Origin: a virus
Taxonomy: Duplodnaviria > Heunggongvirae > Uroviricota > Caudoviricetes
Reading direction: 5' to 3' (one strand)
DNA length: 64,000 nt
IMG/VR virus record: IMGVR_UViG_3300021405_000008
Below the pieces are notes generated by a model, which saw nothing but the letters and a program-made list of their open reading frames with translations, was not told the origin of the DNA and made no database searches. The position numbers were made by a program, and so were the translations under genes. This document shows, piece by piece, positions 19,171 through 27,501 of this stretch (its first letter is position 1; each line of letters starts with the position of its first letter).

Positions 19171-19404
19171 GTGATGCTCATCGAGACAAGGAGAATCATG
19201 AAAGATCTTGGTCTGCTGAACTGGTACAAGTCTACATTCTCGGCTCACAACGGTGGCTGCGTCGAGGTCGCGCACTTGCCTAACGGTGGCATGGCAGTCC
19301 GTGACACGAAGGACCGTAGCAAGGCTCCCCATGAATACAATAACGAGGAATGGTCGGCGTTCATCGCTGGCGCCAAGGCCGGAGAATTCGACCCGATCGT
19401 TTAA
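19171..19404 (+). CDS. DUF397 domain protein (BldB-like)
   Basis: 77 aa; WYKSTFSAHNGGCVEVA…VRDTKD…EWSAFIAGAKAGEFD matches DUF397 signature. Confidence 0.75.
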   Translation: MMLIETRRIMKDLGLLNWYKSTFSAHNGGCVEVAHLPNGGMAVRDTKDRSKAPHEYNNEEWSAFIAGAKAGEFDPIV

Positions 19405-19542
19405 TCCTTAGCGCTGCCCCGGATAGCGCGCTACGCTAGAGGCTACTCGTCCTAGCGGGCGGCTGAAGGGTGGTGGGTCCGATGGTCGGCTAACGCTGCC
19501 AGCAGCAAGCAGGAACCTACAGCAAGAAAGAGAAGACAAAGA

Positions 19543-19579
19543 GGCCGCGTCCCATTTAGGGACGCGGCCTCTTTTTGTT
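19543..19579. terminator. bidirectional rho-independent terminator between convergent modules
   Basis: Perfect 11-bp stem GGCCGCGTCCC/GGGACGCGGCC, loop ATTTA, T-run on + strand and T-rich run on - strand. Confidence 0.7.
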
Positions 19580-19589
19580 CTAGAGCAAG

Positions 19590-20375
19590 CTAGCATCCAT
19601 CATAGGGTGCCCAGTTGTCAGCACCACCTGGGCTTGCCATCGCGTTATCGAATACTTGTGTCTGCTCAGCAGGCGTGGCATCACCGAATTCGGCGGCGCT
19701 ACCGCCATACTCTTCCCAGGTCGACTCACTGAACTGGTATAGGCCGTAATGCCCGCTGGAGTTCATGACCTGGCTGTTGCCGCCGGACTCGGCTCGAATC
19801 ACGCAAGACTGGAATGAGCTTGTTACTGCGTACCCCTGCTGGGAAGATTGGGGCGTAGCAGCTGCGGCTACGCTGTGATGTGTGCTCTGTACGGCTGCGT
19901 CTACGGTCACCACTGGTGCCGGAGCGGCCGGAGCAATATCACTTTGTGGCACCGGTGCATACCGGTGCGAAGCAGGGATGAGCAGATTCTGCCCGACTTC
20001 GATGTCATTGGCGTATTCGATGGACTTCTTGTTCGCCCAGTAGATAGCGGGCCAATCAGAAGCGTTGCCGTATTTGTCAATAGCAATGCTAGATAGGGTA
20101 TCACCGGACTCGACGCGGTAGTACTGGTTTGGCATATGAGCCAGGGTCGGGCGCGAGATCTCCTTTGGCGCGGTCGTGCCTCCAATCTTCAGATGATTGA
20201 TTTTCGCGCTCGGGCTCTGAACAGCAGCCGGCACATAGAATGAACTTCCGTTTGTCGCGCTGGCTGGTCCATTGAATGACTGATTCTTCATAGCCCCTGT
20301 TGCGAGGGCTCCGATGACAAGCACTGCTGCCGCCGATGTTGCGACAATGCCTGCTAGGCCACGCAGTCGATGCAT
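19590..20375 (-). CDS. secreted Rpf-like transglycosylase with LysM domain
   Basis: 261 aa; signal peptide; LysM (YRVESGDTLSSIA…); C-terminal CVIRAESGGNSQV…GLYQFSESTW…WAPYDGC Rpf/transglycosylase-like domain. Confidence 0.7.
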   Translation of the reverse strand: MHRLRGLAGIVATSAAAVLVIGALATGAMKNQSFNGPASATNGSSFYVPAAVQSPSAKINHLKIGGTTAPKEISRPTLAHMPNQYYRVESGDTLSSIAIDKYGNASDWPAIYWANKKSIEYANDIEVGQNLLIPASHRYAPVPQSDIAPAAPAPVVTVDAAVQSTHHSVAAAATPQSSQQGYAVTSSFQSCVIRAESGGNSQVMNSSGHYGLYQFSESTWEEYGGSAAEFGDATPAEQTQVFDNAMASPGGADNWAPYDGC

Positions 20376-20679
20376 TGTACTCCAGACATAGATGTTACGC
20401 GCCAGGTATAATGCAGTTGCAGCGCGTCCGTCGAGAGAAACCTACTCCTAAATCGGAATGCATATAACGAGAACGTATCGGGGCGTTATATAACCGTTAT
20501 AATCATATGCACCAGTAATCCCGGTTCCGCATGGCATCCTTTCCTCGGCGCGGGGGCGGTCCGGGCCGGGAATAGAACACCCCCGTGAGGGCGGTAAATC
20601 CGGCCGCTCGCGGGGGTCTAGGGGAATCGTCGGGGGTACCGGCCGGGAGGGGGTCTAAGCCGTCCTAGGCCCTTCCCTA

Positions 20680-20964
20680 TTAGACCGGTAGGTATACTAA
20701 TTCCTGGTGCTCGTGGCCAAGATCAAAGCGCAGTCTGTGCAGGGTTCTATGAAAGGCTCGATAGCAGCGCTCGATATACTCAGTATTGTCTGCAAAGAAA
20801 AATCTTGGGAGCTTCCCTGCGTACCCAAGACTCTCTTGGTGCCTGTGATTCATATGAACACGAAAAGTGCCGCTATCCATATCATCAATACTTACGACCA
20901 GAAGTTTACTGGTAGAATCCACAGTCATCTGGCCCATCTTTTGGCTCCTCCTTGATGATTCCAA
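20680..20964 (-). CDS. hypothetical protein
   Basis: ORF only. Confidence 0.3.
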   Translation of the reverse strand: MESSRRSQKMGQMTVDSTSKLLVVSIDDMDSGTFRVHMNHRHQESLGYAGKLPRFFFADNTEYIERCYRAFHRTLHRLRFDLGHEHQELVYLPV

Positions 20965-21229
20965 TTTCCCTCAACTGCTTCGTAATCTGGGCAATTACAA
21001 CTAGGGCGATGAACCCGGATAGGTTCTCAATTGGGTCGCCAAGCTTCCATCCAGAACGGATAATGCCATCACGAGCCGCGCGCAGTATTGGCCCCAGTAT
21101 CTCCATATCCTCCTCTGATATATCCATTCCATTTCTCCTGCGTTTAGACGCCATATTTGCTCGACAGTAGCCTCCAAGTTTCAATGGCTTTTTCTCTTGT
21201 GGTCGATTCAGAGATCCCCATTTCCACAT
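20906..21229 (-). CDS. hypothetical protein
   Basis: ORF only. Confidence 0.3.
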   Translation of the reverse strand: MWKWGSLNRPQEKKPLKLGGYCRANMASKRRRNGMDISEEDMEILGPILRAARDGIIRSGWKLGDPIENLSGFIALVVIAQITKQLREIGIIKEEPKDGPDDCGFYQ

Positions 21230-21473
21230 TCATTGATCCGAGTATTTCGTACAGAAGGCATTCCTTGTGGGCATGCGAAATATTACCATTGACATCCGGG
21301 ATTGCCTTCCCAGAGTCCCCCGCCTCCTCATCGAAGATATGCTTACAGTACAGGCATGACTCGCCGATCGGAAATGGCTTGCGCATTTCCTCATCAAGCT
21401 GCCCATTGTCGTTATAGCATATAACACTAGGCCACGGTTCACCGAACCATCCAAACATTGCTCGCTTATCCAT
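21144..21473 (-). CDS. hypothetical protein (Cys/His-containing)
   Basis: 109 aa ORF. Confidence 0.35.
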   Translation of the reverse strand: MDKRAMFGWFGEPWPSVICYNDNGQLDEEMRKPFPIGESCLYCKHIFDEEAGDSGKAIPDVNGNISHAHKECLLYEILGSMNVEMGISESTTREKAIETWRLLSSKYGV

Positions 21474-21690
21474 TGACTATCGCATCCAGAATGTATTCCC
21501 TCGTCAACTTGCCGGATATGCTATCATCGCAGTGCTTATTGCCCACGCATCTCCCGCATATCACAACTCCCTCGGCTATCAGCTCCGGTTCATATTCATC
21601 GCCGTTGTTATCGGTCCAGCCGAACATAGGGTTTCCGCAGCACGGGCAAAGTTTCCTAATCCATGCATCTCTAATATATGATTTATCGAT
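21466..21690 (-). CDS. small zinc-ribbon protein (probable true part of ORF 21466-21864)
   Basis: MDIDKSY…CPCCGNP…CGRCVGNKHC; upstream half of ORF overlaps another frame. Confidence 0.3.
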   Translation of the reverse strand: MDKSYIRDAWIRKLCPCCGNPMFGWTDNNGDEYEPELIAEGVVICGRCVGNKHCDDSISGKLTREYILDAIVNG

Positions 21691-22085
21691 ATCCATAAGA
21701 CACTTGCTCCCATCTCCCGGGCTATTGCATGTATGCGTTTGGCTGACCAGCATGCACGGTGAAGCGGATTCGTTATTGCGATGTCTACCTTGCCACTCGC
21801 GGCATGGAGGAGTCGCAGCCACTCTACGTCTACCCAAACCATTTGCGAGTGTTCTAGGCTGCAACCGGTCGGACCTTCTAGAGACATACCGAAGCAGCCA
21901 ACGCCGACAAGTTTGTTTGAGTATACTCCCATCATAATATCGCAGTCAGGGTGATTGCTGAGGGCTGGCATAGAGCGTTCCGGTACGTATGGCTCGTGAC
22001 GTTCATAATTGGATATCACTAGTGCTGGATTATGGCTTGTGCATATCAACTCGTATATCCGACTCATTTGAAAGTAGCACCTCAT
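21579..22085 (-). CDS. hypothetical protein (3' extent uncertain, overlaps 21466-21864 in another frame)
   Basis: 168-aa ORF; N-terminal two thirds protein-like. Confidence 0.3.
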   Translation of the reverse strand: MRCYFQMSRIYELICTSHNPALVISNYERHEPYVPERSMPALSNHPDCDIMMGVYSNKLVGVGCFGMSLEGPTGCSLEHSQMVWVDVEWLRLLHAASGKVDIAITNPLHRACWSAKRIHAIAREMGASVLWISINHILEMHGLGNFARAAETLCSAGPITTAMNMNRS

Positions 22086-22371
22086 CCTGGATTATCATGA
22101 TCCTTTTGACAAGCCTAGACACTCGCTTATTTCTGTGATTTGTATTGTCCACCAGTCTTTTCTCGTATGCCTTTATGGCTGCACCCTCTTCCCTTTCAAA
22201 GTCAGTGATGATCCATTCTCCAAACCTGGAGCTTCGAGTTTCGACTTCATATATTACCATTTCACGCGGCGGCCTATTCATATCATATAATCCCATCTTC
22301 TCCACCTGATTACGATTGTAGGTATTATGCATACATAGTGGTACTTCCTGCCACGGTAATATCCGATCCAC
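22030..22371 (-). CDS. hypothetical protein
   Basis: 113 aa ORF. Confidence 0.35.
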   Translation of the reverse strand: MDRILPWQEVPLCMHNTYNRNQVEKMGLYDMNRPPREMVIYEVETRSSRFGEWIITDFEREEGAAIKAYEKRLVDNTNHRNKRVSRLVKRIMIIQDEVLLSNESDIRVDMHKP

Positions 22372-22395
22372 CAGTCATTGAAGTCAAAGTAAACT

Positions 22396-24726
22396 TTAAT
22401 CATCCGGGTCTACTACCCATATCTGTTCGGCTAGAATCGGGGTGCCGAATCCAGCAATACGGTTGCCGGAGCAAACTACCACATCATGGTCGACATTAAT
22501 CGAGTCAACGAACCTGCGAAGTTTCGGAAACACGAATCGGTTAATCCTGATGTATATTTCCTCATCGCTATTATCATAACAGCGGAGCGAGCAGTACTTG
22601 AGAAGGTCGGGCCGATACATACTAGCTAGGATATCCTCCATCTCCTCGCCAGACCTTGACCTCTGGTTCTCAGCCGCATCCTGATAGGCGCGCTCGCGAA
22701 CGATACCGGCGTATACTATGTGCGGCCCTTTCGTGAACTTGTGCTTTTTGCCGCTTCCCCTATCATCATCCATTCTGATCGCGGCTAGCATTGCCCCGTC
22801 GTGTGTTAGGCGCGGTACGCGCGCCTGGCTCTTGATCCAGGAATTGACCCTGCCTAGTCGTCGCTCGGTTAGCTTCAGCTCAAATGGGTCATCTGATGTT
22901 GCAAATGCCTGGATCTTCTCTACTGTCTTCGGGCCAATTCCGTGGATGCGCTCCATATCAGACCAATGTTTGAATGGACCATTGTCCTTCACGTCCTGCT
23001 CGATGTTCACTGAGACGATAGGGCCGATGCCCGGTATCTCGCGCCATCCTGCAATTAGTTCGCCCGTTCCATCGGCCTTGAGCCATGGAGTCCATGATCT
23101 ACGGCTGTACTTAAGTCTTGGCGGGCTGATTCGGATATCGTGTTGCATCGCATCCCGCATTAGGCGGAACCGGGCTTCCTTGTCGTCGGTCTTCGCAAGG
23201 TGCGAGGCATAGAATTCCAGCGGGTGGTGCGCTTTGAGCCACGCGCACCACAGGGCTAGTATTGCATAGCTCACGGAGTGTGCATAGACAAAGGCGTAGG
23301 TTCCGCTGGTGACTAGTCTCTTCCATATTCTGTCTGCTGTCTCTGGGCTAATACCATGGAGCCTCGCGGCCCCCTCCATGAATCGTTCCTTGTTGACGTC
23401 GAATGCCGCTTCACCCATCTTCTTCGAGATGATGCGACGGATCTCGACGGCATGTGTCCAGTCGAAGTCCCCGACATCCCGTACAGTTTGCAGGATCTGC
23501 TCCTGATAGATAATCTGACCCTTGGTGTGCTTTGTGATATTTGTTACTACGTCGTGGTATCGTTCTGGCTTTCGTCGTCCGTGTTTGACGTCAACATATT
23601 CAGCAGTTGTTCCAGAAAAGAGCGGACCTGGGCGCGAGAGCGCGTTGATATCAATGACCTCTCCAAAGTTATCAGGACTGACATCTCTATTGATGAGCCG
23701 GGTTGCTCTTCCCTCATACTGAAAGAGACCAACCACATCTCCCTGCTTGAAGACTGCGAGAGCTGATGGATCATCATCCGGGATGGCATAGAGATCCTCC
23801 AAGGTAAGCCCGATCATCTCAAGGCATTTCGCAATGACGCCCATGGTGCTTAGCCCGAGTAGGTCCATCTTCAGCATGCCGGCCGAGTCGACGTCATACT
23901 TATCGATGCTGAGGATGGAGCGGCCATCGCGGTCGTAGATCGCGCAGATATCGGTAATCGGGGTCGGGGTAACGATCAGACCGGCGGCATGTACGCTCAT
24001 CCCGCGCATGTTGCCTTCGAGACGGACCGCATTCCATAGATCAGGGTAGGTATCGAATACCTCTTTGGCAGCCGGGAAGAGTTCCACGGTGTCCACAAGA
24101 CTCGCGTCAAATCGCGAGTCGCCGCCTGATCGTTCAATAACTAGATTGCTAACTACTTCCTTGGCGTAAGACGGAACATTATAGACACGAGCCACGTCAG
24201 CCAGGCTATTCTTGCCACGATAGCGAACAAAGTTAGCGACAGTTCCCACGCAGTCAGCACCGTAACGCCGAGACATATAGTCACGCACCAAATACCGGTG
24301 CTCGTCTGAAATGTCCAGGTCAATATCCGGCGGGTCAGATCGCGTGACATCAATGAACCTTTCGAACAGTAGATTGGGGTACCGGATCGGATCAACTTCG
24401 GTAATCCTCAGCATCCAGGCCACATTACTCGCGGCTACCGAGCCGCGCCCCGGTCCCATAGGTATGCCATGTGGAGCTTCTGGCCCTCGGTAGTCCTTGG
24501 CCCAGCGTACCATGTCGCTCGTAGCAAGGAAGAAGTCTGCAAAGTCTTTCCCGAGAATTAGGCCAGATTCATACTTTGTTCGCTCACCGTACCAGTTCCT
24601 TTCGGCTACTGGTCGCTTGCCAAGCTGCCGGTAATTCCAGCCGAATCGGAGCCACTGCCAATATAGATCTTCTGATGTCATTTTACGGCCGCCTTGTTCT
24701 TTTTTGTGACCCAGCAAGTTTGGCAC
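22396..24726 (-). CDS. dnaE: DNA polymerase III alpha (DnaE-type) catalytic core, C-terminal fragment of split gene
   Basis: 776 aa; GPGRGSVAASN…, PDIDLDISDEHR palm motifs, fingers/HhH region (GIGPKTVEKI). Confidence 0.85.
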   Translation of the reverse strand: MPNLLGHKKEQGGRKMTSEDLYWQWLRFGWNYRQLGKRPVAERNWYGERTKYESGLILGKDFADFFLATSDMVRWAKDYRGPEAPHGIPMGPGRGSVAASNVAWMLRITEVDPIRYPNLLFERFIDVTRSDPPDIDLDISDEHRYLVRDYMSRRYGADCVGTVANFVRYRGKNSLADVARVYNVPSYAKEVVSNLVIERSGGDSRFDASLVDTVELFPAAKEVFDTYPDLWNAVRLEGNMRGMSVHAAGLIVTPTPITDICAIYDRDGRSILSIDKYDVDSAGMLKMDLLGLSTMGVIAKCLEMIGLTLEDLYAIPDDDPSALAVFKQGDVVGLFQYEGRATRLINRDVSPDNFGEVIDINALSRPGPLFSGTTAEYVDVKHGRRKPERYHDVVTNITKHTKGQIIYQEQILQTVRDVGDFDWTHAVEIRRIISKKMGEAAFDVNKERFMEGAARLHGISPETADRIWKRLVTSGTYAFVYAHSVSYAILALWCAWLKAHHPLEFYASHLAKTDDKEARFRLMRDAMQHDIRISPPRLKYSRRSWTPWLKADGTGELIAGWREIPGIGPIVSVNIEQDVKDNGPFKHWSDMERIHGIGPKTVEKIQAFATSDDPFELKLTERRLGRVNSWIKSQARVPRLTHDGAMLAAIRMDDDRGSGKKHKFTKGPHIVYAGIVRERAYQDAAENQRSRSGEEMEDILASMYRPDLLKYCSLRCYDNSDEEIYIRINRFVFPKLRRFVDSINVDHDVVVCSGNRIAGFGTPILAEQIWVVDPDD

Positions 24727-25097
24727 AATCCGGTCTTGCCGGTGCCCGTTATGAAATTATCACAATCACTGCATTTGGCGGAAATTCTATTTATTGCATA
24801 CAGCTCTGATATTCGACGTTTGTTCCATTTATCGGGTGCAAGTTTAATTATTGTCGGGCAAGGCCAGTAATCTACGGTGACGTGATTATGTATGCCTCGC
24901 ATTATTCTACGGTATGCTTCGGTGGCTTCTGTATCAGTTTTTATTCCATCCCTTTCCCATCTCTGTACTGTTCCTCTTGTGCATCCTATGATCATCGCGA
25001 TCCGGTACAATCTTATCCTGCAGAATGTTCGCTCTAGTCTGCGACGTTCATTCAGATCCTCTGATGTTAGTTCCTCATCAAAGTCATTGTTGCTCAT
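24678..25097 (-). CDS. small HTH / CxxC zinc-finger protein (paralog A) inside dnaE-splitting cassette
   Basis: 139 aa; ERTFCRIRLYRIAMIIGCTRGTVQRWERDG HTH; IHNHVTVDYWPCP; CSDC…CQTC. Confidence 0.5.
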   Translation of the reverse strand: MSNNDFDEELTSEDLNERRRLERTFCRIRLYRIAMIIGCTRGTVQRWERDGIKTDTEATEAYRRIMRGIHNHVTVDYWPCPTIIKLAPDKWNKRRISELYAINRISAKCSDCDNFITGTGKTGLCQTCWVTKKNKAAVK

Positions 25098-25410
25098 ACC
25101 ATCTCCGAATCGTACGCATATTCATTAGTCTGTACTTGGTCCATTTCTCGGGTGCGAGCTTAACTAGCGTAGGGCAAGGCCAGTAATCGAGTGAAGCATG
25201 ATTGTGTATAGCATGCGCTATCCTTTGGTATGATATCCTGTCTGATGTAATTGGATCGACACCGGTCTTCTCCCAGGCATATATAGACTGCCTGTGGCAC
25301 CCTATCGTTTGCGCTATCTGATGCATTTTTATGCCGCAAAATATTCGCTCTAGCCTAGCTCGCTCTCCGTCATATTTTCTTCTTGTTATCTCTAGGTATA
25401 CATACCTCAC
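25084..25410 (-). CDS. small HTH protein (paralog B), tandem duplicate of 24678-25097
   Basis: 108 aa; ERIFCGIKMHQIAQTIGCHRQSIYAWEKTG…AIHNHASLDYWPCPTLVKLAPEKW colinear with paralog A. Confidence 0.5.
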   Translation of the reverse strand: MRYVYLEITRRKYDGERARLERIFCGIKMHQIAQTIGCHRQSIYAWEKTGVDPITSDRISYQRIAHAIHNHASLDYWPCPTLVKLAPEKWTKYRLMNMRTIRRWYEQQ

Positions 25411-25751
25411 TGATCCTCCGGGATCTTATTGATCCTGTATGAAAGTCTTTGCAGCATAATTCTCTTTGTGGATTCGACATCCTTTGTGAAATGCTGTATC
25501 CCCACGATTCCGGTTATTGCAACATCGGCTAGCTCGTTGAATACATCCTCCATTTCACTGCTGAATCCCTTCCTTGGATTCTGTCCCGTGTAACCCAGGA
25601 ATGCCTCGAATGCTTCTCCTGCTTCCTCCCCTGCCTTTGCTACTCTTGCTAGATCTTGTGCTAGTGGCTGTACCTTGTATTCATTACTGGTGTTATCATC
25701 CAACCAGTCATCAATTCGTTCGATTGCAGAAAGTACGTCATTCATGTCCAT
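25407..25751 (-). CDS. MazG-like nucleotide pyrophosphohydrolase
   Basis: 114 aa; KAGEEAGEAFEAF and NELADVAITGI acidic helix motifs typical of MazG/all-alpha NTP-PPase. Confidence 0.55.
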   Translation of the reverse strand: MDMNDVLSAIERIDDWLDDNTSNEYKVQPLAQDLARVAKAGEEAGEAFEAFLGYTGQNPRKGFSSEMEDVFNELADVAITGIVGIQHFTKDVESTKRIMLQRLSYRINKIPEDQ

Positions 25752-26734
25752 GGCTGCATATCCCTTTCCGTTGCATTGTAGCGGAGACGTTCCGCTTTAG
25801 GCAAAGTCACGTTACATAGGCTGCCAACGTAGGCGCTTGCCTCGATCGCGGCCCACGCGGAGTCCCGCGATATCCCGGTGCGCTTCAGGCGATTAGCTAG
25901 TGCCTTATCTGATGATGGCAGCGTCAGCGGCACCTTGTAGTTCCATTCGCGCATGGCGTCGTCCACGCTAGCCTTACCGCGACCTACGGCATGTAGTACG
26001 GCTTGCATTTCCGCATCGGCCATCTCAGGGTAATGCACATCATGCGTAACTACTAGTGGTACATCAAATTCTCTGCTCAGCCGTTCATATGCCTTGTTCA
26101 TGGCGCAGCTACGTGGTAGTTCATAGAATGGCTGGATCTCTAGGAAGTACCTGTCTCCGAAGAGTGCTCTGAAGTTTTCAATGACTACTCCTGCTGTACC
26201 ATAGTCTGGCCTATCGATGTGCTCTGGAGTTCCCTTACCTCCAAGCAGTGCACAGGCAAGTAGACTCCCGCTGCATCCCGAAAGAACAATGATTCCTTCG
26301 GAGTTATCCGCAAGGTTGTCACCAGAGACCGTTGGATGGTAATGGTGATCGAGGTAGGACTGGGTGACGATTCTGTTGAGGCTTCGGTATCCAGCGGCAT
26401 TTTCGGCGAGGATTGTGAGGTGGTGCTTGTATTGTCCTCTCGCTGGCCGAAGGATCGTATTCCCCTGTTCATTCAGGATGAACCGTGCCTCGTCATTTTC
26501 TTCAAGAACAGATCCACAGTATGCCTCCATACCGAAGATGGGCTTTATGCCCGCTTTGATGGCTGCTTTCTCGAACTGGAAGTGAGAGCTAACATTCCCG
26601 TGCTCGGTCGCAGCTACCGCCGAGTATCCCAGCTCCACTGCACGCTGTACGTGGGAGGCTGGACTCCCATATCCATCCATAAATGAGAATGTAGTGTGAT
26701 GGTGTAGGTTAACGAAATTTACCGGCGTTTTCAT
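25742..26734 (-). CDS. dnaE: DNA polymerase III alpha PHP (N-terminal) domain, N-terminal fragment of split dnaE
   Basis: 330 aa; FVNLHHHTTFSFMDG…ATEHGNV…GMEAY classic PHP motifs; ends before palm domain. Confidence 0.85.
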   Translation of the reverse strand: MKTPVNFVNLHHHTTFSFMDGYGSPASHVQRAVELGYSAVAATEHGNVSSHFQFEKAAIKAGIKPIFGMEAYCGSVLEENDEARFILNEQGNTILRPARGQYKHHLTILAENAAGYRSLNRIVTQSYLDHHYHPTVSGDNLADNSEGIIVLSGCSGSLLACALLGGKGTPEHIDRPDYGTAGVVIENFRALFGDRYFLEIQPFYELPRSCAMNKAYERLSREFDVPLVVTHDVHYPEMADAEMQAVLHAVGRGKASVDDAMREWNYKVPLTLPSSDKALANRLKRTGISRDSAWAAIEASAYVGSLCNVTLPKAERLRYNATERDMQPWT

Positions 26735-26780
26735 TCAAGCATCATCTCATTTAATTGCAGTTCTCCTTCAGTCAATTCGA

Positions 26781-27017
26781 CTACTTACCCTGGGTGACGT
26801 TTCGTATGTAACGGTCTGCACATGATTTTGCTGCCGCTTGTGTTTTGTGGTTGTGTTCACAAGTCCAAACTACCTTGCCTCTTTCATTTTTAACTATTCC
26901 GTGCATTGGCTCTGCAGTCTTGCTGCTCTTTGCTTGTGCTCCTCTCCTTTTCTTCTTGCTAGACAGAGATTTCGAGTATCGAAGTGGGCCAATACCAAAT
27001 GACAGTCTGAATCCCAT
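26781..27017 (-). CDS. small basic protein
   Basis: 78 aa Lys-rich ORF. Confidence 0.3.
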   Translation of the reverse strand: MGFRLSFGIGPLRYSKSLSSKKKRRGAQAKSSKTAEPMHGIVKNERGKVVWTCEHNHKTQAAAKSCADRYIRNVTQGK

Positions 27018-27063
27018 TTCATGTCCTTCTGTGATGGTGGCAGTTAATGAATTTCAAAGCGGG

Positions 27064-27501
27064 CTACTCCCTAATGCTTAGCATCTCTCCTCGACCACCG
27101 CAAGTCCTGCAGTCGTGAACATTGGCCTGTGGCGGGTTGAAGAATGGGCCTCTGCTATCCTGCCCTTGATCTAGGCCGAGATGTTTTGGAAGTGGTCTTC
27201 CGAGGAGCTGGGCGCCTCCCGTGCAGTCTGTACATTTCACCCTGATCTGCTTTCCATCATCATACCTTGCAACCACCAACCTTGTTTTAGATAGTTGCTT
27301 GGCGATAATCATGAGAGTGATAGGTAGCGCAGTGGTGCAGATAAGATACAGAACTAGGGTTGCCCGCCATGTGAAGTCCATTGGCACGAGTACTAGTGCT
27401 GATACAACTAGCACCCAGCTAACTATTACTCCGGACACTATGTTAAACATTATCCCTGTCCGTTGGTCCAGGCTCTCCCCATTCACCCCATCCATTGTCA
27501 T
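27064..27501 (-). CDS. membrane protein with C-terminal zinc-ribbon
   Basis: 145 aa; two TM helices; CTDCTGG…CRTCGG. Confidence 0.4.
   Translation of the reverse strand: MTMDGVNGESLDQRTGIMFNIVSGVIVSWVLVVSALVLVPMDFTWRATLVLYLICTTALPITLMIIAKQLSKTRLVVARYDDGKQIRVKCTDCTGGAQLLGRPLPKHLGLDQGQDSRGPFFNPPQANVHDCRTCGGRGEMLSIRE

Noticed and set aside
23100-24500. Several 60-160-aa ORFs on the + strand inside dnaE (22718-23212, 23356-23766 and others)
   Set aside because: They are antisense to a polymerase gene with unambiguous conserved motifs.
24727-25741. Intein interrupting dnaE
   Set aside because: The first fragment does not end, and the second does not begin, with intein splice-junction residues. 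The intervening DNA encodes three separate ORFs with their own starts and stops rather than one in-frame Hint domain.
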